DNA of 64,000 nt, taken from positions 806,001-870,000 of the forward strand of contig MCFH01000007.1 in the NCBI GenBank assembly GCA_002104945.1, written 5' to 3'. The translations under genes were made by a program, and so were the position numbers. This DNA comes from Piromyces finnis finn (taxonomy: Eukaryota > Fungi > Neocallimastigomycota). The notes under the pieces are model-generated. The model saw only the letters and a program-made list of their open reading frames with translations. It was not told the origin of the DNA and ran no database searches. Below are positions 50,194-62,906 of the stretch, one piece after another (position 1 is the stretch's first letter; each line of letters starts with the position of its first letter).

Positions 50194-51889
50194 TTTTAAT
50201 ATTTAACGAATGATATTTATTTTATGTTATTTTTTTTTTTTTAATTTTCTTATTGAATTAATATTTTATAATGGTTAAATGAGTCGTCTATTTTTATTTT
50301 GAATTGATAAAAAAGAAAAAAAAAGATATTTTATAAATAATAAATTTGATTATATGTTATTTAATTTGAAAAATGCGTTAATGAAGTGATAAATATATGA
50401 ATAATTGATAACTAAAAATTGAATTATTAATATATCATTATTGATTTTATTTTTGTGATGATTCTGTTTTAAATTTGAACTTTATATTGTATATATTAAT
50501 ATTGAAAATGTATGAATTAAAATATTGAAATTAATGAAAACAAAAAACAAAATACAAAAAAAAAAAAAGAAAACTATTAAACTGGAATTGAAATTTGAAT
50601 TATCAAATAAATTAATAATGATTAAAAATAGAAAAAAAAATAAGGAAAAATAAAATTCTCGGTTTTTTTTTTTTTTTTATATTTTATTTCCTGTTAATTA
50701 ATTTAATAAAATAATATATAATAATTATTATATAAAAAATATTTAATTATCAATAATTAAAATTTCTCGAGAGTCATTACTTTTTATTTAATAATAAGTA
50801 GAAAAGTTTAATAAAAATAATAATTAACATTTAAAATATATATATTAAAAAACAAAGTTTTTAATTTTAATTCCTATTTTTTTATATATATATAAAGTAC
50901 TTTTGTATATTTTTTTTATTTTATTTTCCTTTTAAGTAATATTCATATTTTATTTTCTATTAAATATATTTTTATCATTATAATAAGTTTTTAGATTTAA
51001 TATTAAAAAAGTCAAAAAAGAGTAACAATAATAATAAAACATACAAATGATACTAAATATAACCTTTAAAAAGAAAAAATTTTAAATATTGTCAAAAATC
51101 GTTCATCTATTACTATTTTTATATTTTATAATAAAAATTAAAATAAATTAAAAACTTTAATCTTATTTTTATTTTTCGTAAGGATATCATAAATATATGA
51201 ATACTAAAGTTCTTTATTAGAATTGTTTTTATCTCGTTAGAGAATTATAAGATGTATATTTGATTAATTACTTTATTATATATTTATATTTTAAGTGATT
51301 AAGGATAAAAATTGTTACAATATTAATGTATCTATTTCAGATCTTTTCTATTTTTTTTTAAAAAATATTATTTTATATATAAATAATACTATCTTTGAAG
51401 ATTAATAAATAAAATTTATATTATTTTCTTTTAAATTTGTATTAAATTAGATGATCAATTATTTTTCTTCTTTTTACAGATCTAGTTAGAATTCTGGTTA
51501 AACTTTAATTTCCTTTAGATAATAAAATTTGAAAACCTCATTTTTAATTTTTTTTTTTTTTTTTTTTTTGTTTTTTTATTTAATATTTGGAAAATCTTAT
51601 TTTGTATATTCTCATTTTTATGATTAAATGAAAATGAAAGAATTAATTAAAAGAAAAAAAGTTCTAAAAGACTTTAATTTAATAGTTGAATAAGTAATTA
51701 TATAAATTATATTCTATAATATTTATATAACTTTTCTATATTTTCACTCTTATTCTTTATATTTAAAAAATAACAACAACATATATTATAATTTATCTAA
51801 AAATTTAAATAATATATTTTTGCTTTAAAAACTGTATATATAAGTATAAAATTGAAAATATATAATAATATTAATTAAAAAATAAATAA

Positions 51890-52044
51890 TCATTAGATTC
51901 ATTATTTATTATACTAGTAGTTTTATAAAATTCATTCATTAATGTTCATGCTGTGGATCTGATAAATATTATGATTGCTATTCATGTAATAAATATGGTT
52001 GTTTAACTAGATATGGATGGGTTGAAAGTAAAAATTTATGTTAA
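51890..52044 (+). pseudogene. Putative decayed gene for a small secreted cysteine-rich peptide
   Basis: 51943-52044 reads CSCCGSDKYYDCYSCNKYGCLTRYGWVESKNLC*. Just upstream, one base out of frame, 51890-51952 reads SLDSLFIILVVL*NSFINV, which resembles a signal peptide with an internal TAA. No in-frame ATG. Confidence 0.45.
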
Positions 52045-52263
52045 ATAAAAATATATATAGTATTTTTTAAAAACAACATTAATATTTTGTGTATATAAAA
52101 TGTATATAAAATAAGTATCAATATCAACAATTCGTGTCCTCTTATGATAGATATAATTTTTTTTTAAAAAAATATCTGAAAGAATATAAAATATAATTTA
52201 TCAAATACTGCAAGCAATGCTCCGAGCAGACAAGCTCTCTTCTCTTGCCATTTCGTATTTGAT

Positions 52264-52264
52264 A

Positions 52265-52337
<73 letters not shown>
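52264..52337. repeat. (AAT)n microsatellite
   Basis: Direct reading. Confidence 0.95.
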
Positions 52338-52357
<20 letters not shown>

Positions 52358-53198
52358 TACAATAAATTTAAATAGAATAAATCAATAAATAGAACGTTAA
52401 AATGAGAAATAGAATATTTAGTTTAGTAAAAAGGCTTTATTTATAATTTTTAATTTTTTTATCCTTTGGGTATATTTTATATTTTTTTTTTTTTTTTTTT
52501 TTTTTTACAAAAAATACTATTTATATTATTATTATTATTATTATTATTCTTTTTCATATGTTTAAATAGTTTGTAATAAAATAACTAAAATCTATACTAA
52601 AATTTTTTAAAATTAAAACTTAGTTTAATTTTTAATTATTCCATTGTTTAGAGTTAAATTGAATAGATTGAATAAAGAGAAAAAAAAAAAAAAAAAAAAA
52701 GAAATTATTTATTTGATGAATGTCTTTTTTTTTTTTTTTTTTTTATTATCTTTTTTTGATAATTATTATTGCTATTTTTTTTTTTTAAATTATTTTTATG
52801 TTTTATTTTTTTTTTTTTTTCATTTCTTTTTAATATTGCTTTTTAGTACTTTAACATTAAATATTCTATTGATAATTGGTTGTTAATTACTATAAATAAT
52901 GAATTCTTTTATAATAGAAATTTTAAAAATTAAATATACTATACTATACAATGTAAAAAATTAAAAAAAAAAAGAAAAAATAAAATAAATAAAAATAATC
53001 AATAAATTATTATAAAAAACTTTAATAAAATAATATATCTAATACTATTATATTAATTTAAATTTAATCATATCAATCCATATTTTACATATGACATTAG
53101 ATGAAACTGTAAAAAAAAAAAAAAGTTTAAAGTATTAGATTAAATAGTTTGATTATGAACGAACGAGAAACTTTTTGATGTTTATAAAAAATTTGTAT

Positions 53199-54515
53199 TT
53201 ATTTCAACTTTCGTTGGACTTCGAATTTTAATTTTTTGTAAGTATTTTCCATATCTGAATGTTTAACTCTTCTTTCAATTTTAGATTCATTTAAATCCTT
53301 CATATATAATGGAACAAATGATAAATCTGGATTGACAGGTATACTTGGATATATAATTTTGGGTTGTTTTTTATGTTTAAGTTTTTTTAAGAACTTTTGT
53401 TTTTGTAATTGTTTTGATGATGACTTTTTTTCTTCATTTAAATTTGGTAAAGATTTAGATTTCCTTATTGAAACTGATTGATCCTCCTTTGAAATATATG
53501 ATATTGATTTTGAATGCTTTAATGAATTTTTCAAATCTAATGATATCGAATTAGATTCTATTTTATAATTTTGAGGAATAATAATTATATCATTGGTCAT
53601 ATTTTTAGTTTCTTTTGTTTCAATTGGAACACTAACATTTTCAATTTCATTGTTTTCATTATTACTAATGATGGTATTGACTACTGGAATAGATGATATT
53701 GAAATTGTATTAATAGTATTATTTTTTGTTAATAATAAGGTTGATAATTTTTTTTCTTCATCTGTGGGTTCAGTTAAAGTTAAACTGTATTGATTTTTGG
53801 TTTGTGCTTCTTTTTCAGTTTCTACGTTTTTTGTTTCATATACCAAATTTTTATTGCTATCATTTGGTTTTACAATATTCAAGCTAGGAACATAATCAGG
53901 AGAAAGAAAGTTATAGTTATATACTTGTTTTATATTTGGTTGAATTCCCATAAATAATTCAACACCATCCCAATACCATGGATATTTTGGAATATAATTA
54001 AGAGTTACTCCATTAGTTAATGTAAGGTATATAGATACATCTGAATATTTATTCTTTTCTGATTTATGTTTTTGAACTACTTTTTCAAAGTATTCATCAC
54101 AGTAAATAGTATCTTTTTTTGTACATGGCTTTAATAAGCCATCTTCAACTGCAATAGATTCATTAACTTGTTTATGTCTGTAGTTCTTTTGGAAATATTT
54201 TATTGCTTCTTCAATAAACTATATAAATAAGCATATAAATATACAATATTAATTATAATTATCAAATTTAAACTATTTTAAATTTAATAATAAAAAAATA
54301 AGACTTACTTTGAAATCATCTAGATAATAATTTAATATATCTAAACATTTTTGATATAAAATGTTTAATTGCTTTTGATTTTCTTCATTTTGACTAAATT
54401 TTATTATTAATCTTGTAAAGGTCCAAATAGAAAATATTAAAGAGCTTGATATTAAAACGATCGTAAAGAACTGTGATTTGAAGCCTGCTTCATAAATTGT
54501 ATTATTTGGAATCAT
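53199..54515 (-). CDS. Hypothetical protein with one N-terminal hydrophobic segment; 2 exons (54515-54309, 54218-53199)
   Basis: Intron ttcaaa|gtaagt...tatag|tttatt is phase 0 and joins ...YYLDDFK to FIEEAIKYFQKNY...PKYPWYWDGVELFMGIQPN..., which continues into ORF 53199-53951. TM-like segment FFTIVLISSSLIFSIWTFTRLII. Confidence 0.75.
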
Positions 54516-57500
54516 TTTTTTTAATTCATTAAATTTTTGAACTAAAATTAATAGTATTTAGGTAATTAAAAATATAAAATGATTTAATTTTGTTATTAGA
54601 TTAAGGAGTTAAAAGGGTATTTTTGGGTATACAAGAATTTATTATTTCTTTAAATTAAATAAGGAAGATGATAAAAAAAAAAGTTTCAATATTTTGATAT
54701 TTATAAAGTCTAAAAATATTTTGATACGCTATTGAATTTTAATTATATTTTTATTGATTATATATTATGAATAATATATAATTAGTCTTTATATATATAA
54801 ACGATTAAGTGTTTTGAATATTTATTCTTTAATCTTTTATTTTGAATTTTTTATATTTAATAAATTTTATCATTATTTTAAATTATTTTTATTTTCTTTT
54901 TTCTTTTTTAGTTATATATATTTTATAAATGGTTTGAAATGTTATTGGCATTTATTATTATTATTATCGATGCATATTATTTTTGACTTTATAATTTGTT
55001 TATCCTTTAAAACGTTTATTTTTTCTTAATTAGCCTCTAAATATGGATGCATTTTTTATATATATTCTAATTAACCTTTACATATATTAAAATTTTTATT
55101 TACTATTGTATTAATTAATTAATTTATATATTAATAACTTTAATTATTATATTAATATATTAAAGAATATAAATTTTTAATTTAATTATTAGATTGATAC
55201 ATTTAACATTAAAATATATACTATTTATTATTATTATTTATTATGTATTATAATAATTATTATGATGCTATACATGGTATATTATTTTGAAATCAGCTTT
55301 TTTTTTATTTTATTTCATCTTTACATTCATTGCAAGATAATATATTTATGAGCTAGTGAATATTTTATTATAGAATATTTTTAAATCTTGTTATTTTATT
55401 ACTATTAATTTTTGAAATTTGACAAAAAAAAAAACTTTTTTACTCTTTTTTATTCATATTTAAGTTATAATCTTTTTTGTAAATGATTATTATTTTATTT
55501 ATTTAATTTATAAATATATTAATTAATTAAATTATTACCTTTTTTTTTTTGAATGAATATATATTTTTATTATTTATAATGTTTTTACTTCATCAAGAAA
55601 TTTCAAACAATTATTTTTGATATAATGAATTTCAAATTCACTTTTTTTTATATATATTCTTTTTAAAATTTTAATAACAGACCTTTGTAATTTACAGGCC
55701 TCTGAAGAAAAAAAAAATTAAAGTTTTAAAAAAAAATTCTTACTTTTATATATTTTATTATGATTTTCATTTTTAATTTAATTTTGACATATATTACATA
55801 ATAAACGAATATATTGTTAATAATATATTAATATAATAACTTTGGGTTTGACAAAAAGTCTGACCTCCAAAAATTTAATATTCTTTTTTCATTAAATTAT
55901 GACTATAAAGATTTTCTATTATTATTTTGTTATTATTTTGTGTTAATATATTATAATATATTACATATAATAATAAATAAAAAGTTTTTAATAGTAATGA
56001 TGATCATCCTTTTTTTCTTTTTATTTTCCTTAGTCCTAACCTCTTTAAAATATCAACTCCTTAAAAAAATTTAATAAAAAGATAATTCTAATATATTAAA
56101 ATACATTGTGATATATATGAATATTTATTTCAAATGATAACACAAACTTTAATATGACTTTTTGTTGAATGATTCATTTGATTATTTCATATATTTTTAT
56201 ATATTGAAAACTAAATTAAAATTTATTTATTATAAAATAAAGTTTAATTTATAAATTAAATTTACAACAAACTTTAATAATTATAAAAATAAAAAAGGAT
56301 GAAAATGAATTTTTATTAATGAAAAAACTTTTTTTAGGTACTAAGCTTATATTAAAAGTAGGTTTGTGCTATTTCACACTGATCATTCACCACCATTTTA
56401 TTTGAGGATAAAAGGTCCAGCCTAAATTTTATTATAAAATAATATTTAAAAGGAATAAAGCTATTTAAACATAAAAATCCTTTTTATTTCTTTTTATTAT
56501 AATGATGATTAATTATTAAATAATATATATATGAATGTTTTCTTTTTCTTTTAATATAAAATTATTAATGATTCAATAATTATAAATATTATTTATAATT
56601 TAAGTTTTTAATTAATTCATTGTTGATAATTTTAATATTTTCATTAAATTCAACTTTGATGAAAATAAAGTGTAATTAATTGCTGTGTAATTTTGAAAAA
56701 TTATTATAATATATATGATGTTTAAGAAAAATAAAAGATAATATTAAAAAATGTAAAAAAAAAAAAAAAAAGAAATGAATTATTAGAGTTTGAAAGAAAA
56801 CCTTGAGATAGTTTATTAATATATATTAATAGGTTAATTATACGTTTTAATTTACTAAATGGATATAATAAATGATGAACTTTATAATAAAAATTTTATT
56901 CATAAATTTATTGATAATATATATTTGTGTACATATGATATATCATGTGATGCTTTTTATAATAATTCCTATTATAATGTATATTTATTTTCTGTTGGAA
57001 ATGATATATAATTACAAAGTTTTAATAAGTATTTATTTCTTCATATCATGAAAGTGAATATCCTTAATTTACATAAACTTTATTGAAAAATACATATTTA
57101 AAATTTACAATGATAATAATAATAATAAAAAAAAAGTAGACCTATCTATATTCAGATAATGAATAATTCTTATATGATGATATTCACTAAACAATCTTTT
57201 ATGTTATTTTTTTAAAATGAATATGGTATTTTTATATAACTTATAAATGAATAATGTACATATATGTAAAATATTTAGGATGTGAAATTAAAGCAAATAT
57301 TTCAGTAAATAAAAATAAAATGAAAGATGAATTATAATGATATTAGATTATTAGAAAAAAAAAAAAAAAAAGTATTTATTAAATAAAAATGAAATTATAA
57401 AATGATAGCGCATAATTCTTTCTTCAATTTATTTAATATAAAAATTGTATATTCAAGGATTGAATGAAAAATAAATAAAAATATTTTGTCTATAATCATA

Positions 57501-59065
57501 TTTGTTACATTGTATTTTATCATATTCATATTATTTTGGCAGTAGTATTTAAAAAAAAAATATTCTTCAATTAAAAAATATGATATTTAAAAGAGTTGTT
57601 CGTTAATAAAATATTATTTATATTGTCATTATCATTATTGATGTATATAAAATAATTTTTTTTTATTTTTTGATTATTATATTATTGAAAAAAAAGAAAA
57701 TAAAATAAAGACAAAGTTTGTTTTATTTATAAAATTATTAATTGGCATTAATATCAATAATATTTAAAATATTTAATTTTTTTTTCTCTAATAATATTTT
57801 ATATATATTTTATGTATATATAAACCTAATCTTGTGGTATTAAAATAAATAATTCCACAGATACAAGATTTTTTTTTTTAATAATATTCAGTAATTTGTA
57901 GGTCATTAACCAAAAAAAAGAGTATAAACTTAATAATAATTCATATAATTATTTCAATATAATTATGCCCTTTTTTTTGTAGTTTTTCCTCTTTCTATAT
58001 TTTAAAATAAAAAACATTTAATTAATAATTTTAATTAAAAAATACTTTTTTTTTTAAACTTAAAAAGGTATAATTAATAAACATAATATATTAATAATTA
58101 TTTACTCATTTTATATAACATAAAAAAAAAATGCTCTAGAAAAATAATTAATATATATGTATATATCTTTTTTAATTTGTTAATGTTTTATCATAACAAA
58201 AATTAATTAATAAAGAAAACTTTAATAAATATAATTTATATTAAAAATTAATTTAATATAATTATTGGTTACATAAAATTACCGTTTTTGCTATTGTAAC
58301 AAAAAAGTTTGTAATATGAGTTTTTTATATTATAAAAATATTACTTTTACAAAATAAAATATAAACATATCTTATTTTTAATAATCTATTCTATAAATAT
58401 TAATGACATTTGAAAGCTTTTATAATACCTACTTATTTTCTTCGTTTGTTTTTAACATTATTTAATATTTTTTAAGAAATAAGTTAGAAATAAAATAAAT
58501 GTTTTTTTTTTTAAATTATGCATTTTATGGGTAATGGATATATATTTTATATTAATTTTTTCAGATGTTCAGAAAATGTTAATTTATATTGGTAAATCAA
58601 AATTATGTGTAACATACAATTTATTAATTATTAAAAATAAATTTCATATAAAAATTGTTAAGATTTTTTTTTTTTTTTATTTTTGATTTTGACATTATTT
58701 TTATATATTACATAGTTTGTTTTATATACTGTAATATTGTAAAATTCAAAAATTTTCAAATTAAAAGGTAGGAAATATATTTGATTATATATAAAATCAT
58801 AAAACAAAAGAAAATAAACAAAATATAACTTTATTTAATTTATGATTTAAATAAAATATAAAAGCAACATTTTTTAAATAAACAAAAATCAAAATAAGAA
58901 TATTAATTACAACAATATTAAAATCAAATTATTATAATTAAAAAAGTTTATTTTTTTTTTCAACAAAATATATAATTATAAATTCATGTACTAATATATA
59001 TTTATTATTTTCTGTCAATCAATAATTATTTTTTTATTTTAATATACGTAAATTAAGAAATCAAA

Positions 59066-60607
59066 ATGAAATTATTTATATTTCTGTCAATATTCTTATA
59101 TATTAATATAGTCAATGCCATTTGGATTCCACCCCAAGGAATTAAATGGAATTATGTATTGGGTAGCGACATTAATGAGTAAGTATAACTTTGTATTTTA
59201 TTTGTTTTTACTTTTTATTATTATTGATTTATATCATTATCATTATTATTAATGTATATTTATTTTTTTATTGTTATAATTTATATTATCAAAAATGAAT
59301 TTTATAAATAATATAAAAATAATTTATAACTAAAAAGAAATACCGAAACAGCCAATGTTGTTGATATAGATATTAGAAAAGATCAATCAAAAATTGATAA
59401 TCTTCACAAAAGGGGTATAAAGGTTATATGTTATTTTTCAGGTGGTACATTGGAATATTTTCGTGAGGATTATAAAGATTTTTTAAATGTTCCTAATTTA
59501 GTTCAAAATAGATATGAGGCTTGGCCTGATGAAGATTGGCTTGATATTCGTGTTGAAGGTTTAAAGCCTTTACTTAAAAAGCGTATTAAATTAGCAGTGA
59601 GTAAAAAATGTGATGCCATTGAAGTTGATAATTTAGATGGCTATCAAATGGCCGAAGTTAAAAGTTGGCGTAATCCATTAACTAAGAGTGATACTATAAA
59701 GTTTGCAAAATGGTTAGCCAATACTGCTCATAACTATGACATTTCAATTGGATTAAAAAATGTTCCCGGACTTATTGATGAATTATCAAGTTATTTTGAT
59801 TTTGCTATTAATGAAGATTGTGTAGTATACAATGAATGCCGTCTTTACAAGAATTTCCTTGCTAAAGGAAAGGCTGTATTTGGTGTTACTTATAATGGTA
59901 TAGAAGCCAATCGCAGTGCCTTATGTAGAAATTTAAATGGTCTTAATATTAGTATGATTGTTAAAAATAAAAAAAAATTAGTTCAAAGCGGTATTATATT
60001 TGATGGAGTAAAGCAATGTGGTAGTGGCTTTACTACTGGAGGTGTTTGTTTTTCTGTAAAAATGGGTTATCCATGCTGTACTCAAAATTCAGAGATTGTA
60101 TATACAGATAGTACTGGTAGTTGGGGTCTTCAAAATGGTGATTGGTGTGGTGTAAAAGGACCAGAACCTGTATCATCATGTTTTTCAAAAGATCTTGGTT
60201 TTCCATGTTGTTCAAAGTACGCTGAAGTTGTTACTAAAGATTATAATGGTTCTTGGGGTATTGAAAATGGTAAATGGTGTGGTATTGGATCCGGAAATAA
60301 AACCACACCTTCCTCATGTTTTTCAAAAGCTCTCGGCTATCCATGTTGCTCCGTCGGTAACAGTGATGTTGCATTTATTGATAACAATGGTAAATGGGGT
60401 ATAGAAAATGGCAATTGGTGTGGAATAACTTCCACAAGTAAAACTACAACAAAGAAAACTACTACAACAAAAAAGACAACAACGACAAAGAAGACAACAA
60501 CGACAAAGAAAACTACTACAACAAAAAAGACAACAACGACAAAGAAAACTACTACAACAAAAAAGACAACAACAACAAAGAAAACTACTACGACTAAAAA
60601 ATATTAG
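59066..60607 (+). CDS. Secreted GH114 (endo-alpha-1,4-polygalactosaminidase family) with three fungal dockerins (CBM10-like NCDD) and a (TTTKK)n tail
   Basis: Exon 1 at 59066-59178 ([33 protein letters not shown]), intron 59179-59337, exon 2 to the stop at 60607. GH114 motifs [36 protein letters not shown] and [25 protein letters not shown]. Three CFS..LGYPCC...WG.ENG.WCG dockerins at ~60047-60429. Confidence 0.92.
60443..60600 (+). repeat. Coding 18-bp tandem repeat encoding ~9 x TTTTKK/KKTTTT (Thr/Lys-rich tail)
   Basis: Variants of actacaacaaagaaaact and acaacaacgacaaagaag; synonymous differences between units. Confidence 0.9.
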
Positions 60608-61588
60608 ATTATATTTAAGCTAATTTAATAGTATGAATCAGGAAAACAAAATTCTATGATTATAAAAGCGAAAGGAAAAAAAAAATCAAATCACAATAAC
60701 CATTGATTTTTTTTTTATGTGTTAAAGATAGATCTGATATACAATAGTTTATATATTTAAATTTTATATTAATGTAGAAAAAGTTATTATTTAGTTTTTT
60801 TTTTTTCTAAAAAAAAATCATAAAGTATTACATTATTATTTATACATTTATTAGTTTTTTTTTATTATATATAATCATTATTTTATAGAAATAGAAAGAA
60901 AAAAACAAATTTAAATGAAAATGTAAATGAAAGTGTATATATATATACAGTTGTGTATATGTGTATATAAAATATATATATATATAATAATTAAGTTTAA
61001 GATTTATTTTAGTTCATATATATAAATTTCATATGTAAAATAAAATAAATAATTCATTAGAACATATTAAATTTTTATTTTATATTAATTAAAATAAAAC
61101 AATGTTAATTATTTTGGTAAAGGATTAAGTTTATTAATCTATCTTTTTTTTTTTTAATAGCTTCAATATCATTTTTAAATTTCAAATATAAATCGCAATT
61201 TAATTTTATTGTTACCTTTTTTTTTTTTTTTAACAAATTAATTTAAAGTTTCATATATTTAAAAATAGGCAAACACATTTTAAAGGTCAGATAATAATAA
61301 TAAGAAACGGGGCTGTATGTAGTATAATCAATTAACAAAATTTAGATATTAAATTTATATCCTTATCAAATTTTAATTATTATTAAAGTTCTAATATTAA
61401 TGCCCTTTAAATTAAAACTAAATTAAAAGATAAAAGTATATATTATATAGAATTAAATAATTTTCTCCGTATCATAAACTTTATTAATTAATAAATATGT
61501 TTGAAGTTTTTTAATATTTTTTTTTATATTAATAATGAATCAATTACAATAACAAAAACAATACTACTACTAATAATAATAATAACAA

Positions 61589-61808
61589 TAATACTAATAC
61601 TAATACTAATACTAATACTAATACTAATACTAATACTAATACTAATACTAATACTAATACTAATACTAATACTAATACTAATACTAATACTAATACTAAT
61701 ACTAATACTAATACTAATACTAATACTAATACTAATACTAATACTAATACTAATACTAATACTAATACTAATACTAATACTAATACTAATACTAATACTA
61801 ATACTAAT
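61589..61808. repeat. (ATACTA)n hexanucleotide satellite, ~36 perfect units
   Basis: Direct reading; source of the spurious (IL)n ORF 61501-61833. Confidence 0.95.
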
Positions 61809-62053
61809 AAACCATATTTATTACATGATATAGTAACAATTTTATAATTTGATGTGTAATATGATTGTATTATTAAAAATATACATTTATCTACAAAAAA
61901 AAATAAATGTATACAATTTTTTTTATATATTAAAAAAAAAAATTATTTAATATTTTTCTTTTAAAAAAAAAAAAAAAAAACGAACAAATAAATAAAAGAA
62001 GTAATTTTAAATTTTAAAAAAAGAATTTAAACTTTAAAATCGATATATAAACA

Positions 62054-62906
62054 ATGATAGGAAATAATATCGAAAAAAAAAAGGGAAAAAGATTTCCAAA
62101 AGTAGAAAGATTATTTTGTTGCTTTAACTGTTGCTATTCTATATCTCAAAAAAAGTCTGTTTATTTAAGTAATATTTTAATAATGGTAAGTAAATGGTAT
62201 AAATGATATATAGTTTTTATTATTAATTAAGGAAATAATAAATAAAACAAATAAAAAAAAATAAGAAATTAAATTATTAATTTATATTTCAATACTATAA
62301 AATAATTAAAGACTTGGTTATTATATATAATGGTTATTTCTACAATTTCAATATCTTCAAAGTCATTTTATTTTAATCTTTTATATAAAATATATACAAT
62401 AGTACATAATTTAATTGGTATTTTATCCATATTATTCTGTACTATTGGTATTAAAAAGGTTATTCTTTCTTATATAAAGCAATTTAAATATACATTTTTC
62501 ATTTATTGCCTTTCTATCTCAATTAGACAAGTTTTTTTAATTTATGAATATATAGAAATTGTACCAAATGAATATATAGACAAAGAAGAAATAAGATTAC
62601 ATGGTGGAAATATAATAGTATTTCTTATTTTAGTTCCATTTCATATGATATTTATGGTAAGTTTTAATTACTATTTTTTCTTTTTTTTTTTGAAAACATT
62701 ATTTTATTTTTATAAGTTAGGGCAGTAAAAGTTATTAATAGAGTTTATTTGTTTTGGAAATAAATCTAAATTATAATCTACATATTTTTTTTATTATAAA
62801 GCTTTATTATTATTTATATGTAGGTTCATATGTAGAGGATATTGAAATGAGTCTTAAAGAAGAAAAGAATGATGATATAGAATTTGTAGTAAAATGTGAT
62901 GCCTAG
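62054..62906 (+). CDS. Small four-TM membrane protein (~193 aa) with a Cys-rich N-terminus; 3 exons (62054-62185, 62312-62656, 62802-62906)
   Basis: Two phase-0 GT-AG introns give MIGNNIEKKKGKRFPKVERLFCCFNCCYSISQKKSVYLSNILIM/TWLLYIMVISTISI...LVPFHMIFM/LYYYLYVGSYVEDIEMSLKEEK...KCDA*. Four hydrophobic segments. Confidence 0.75.

Noticed and set aside
55660-57300. Scattered GC-richer patches between the 54515 gene and GH114 (e.g. 55680-55705, 55840-55870, 56356-56425)
   Set aside because: No consistent frame, splice pattern or repeat structure; cannot be supported as a feature.
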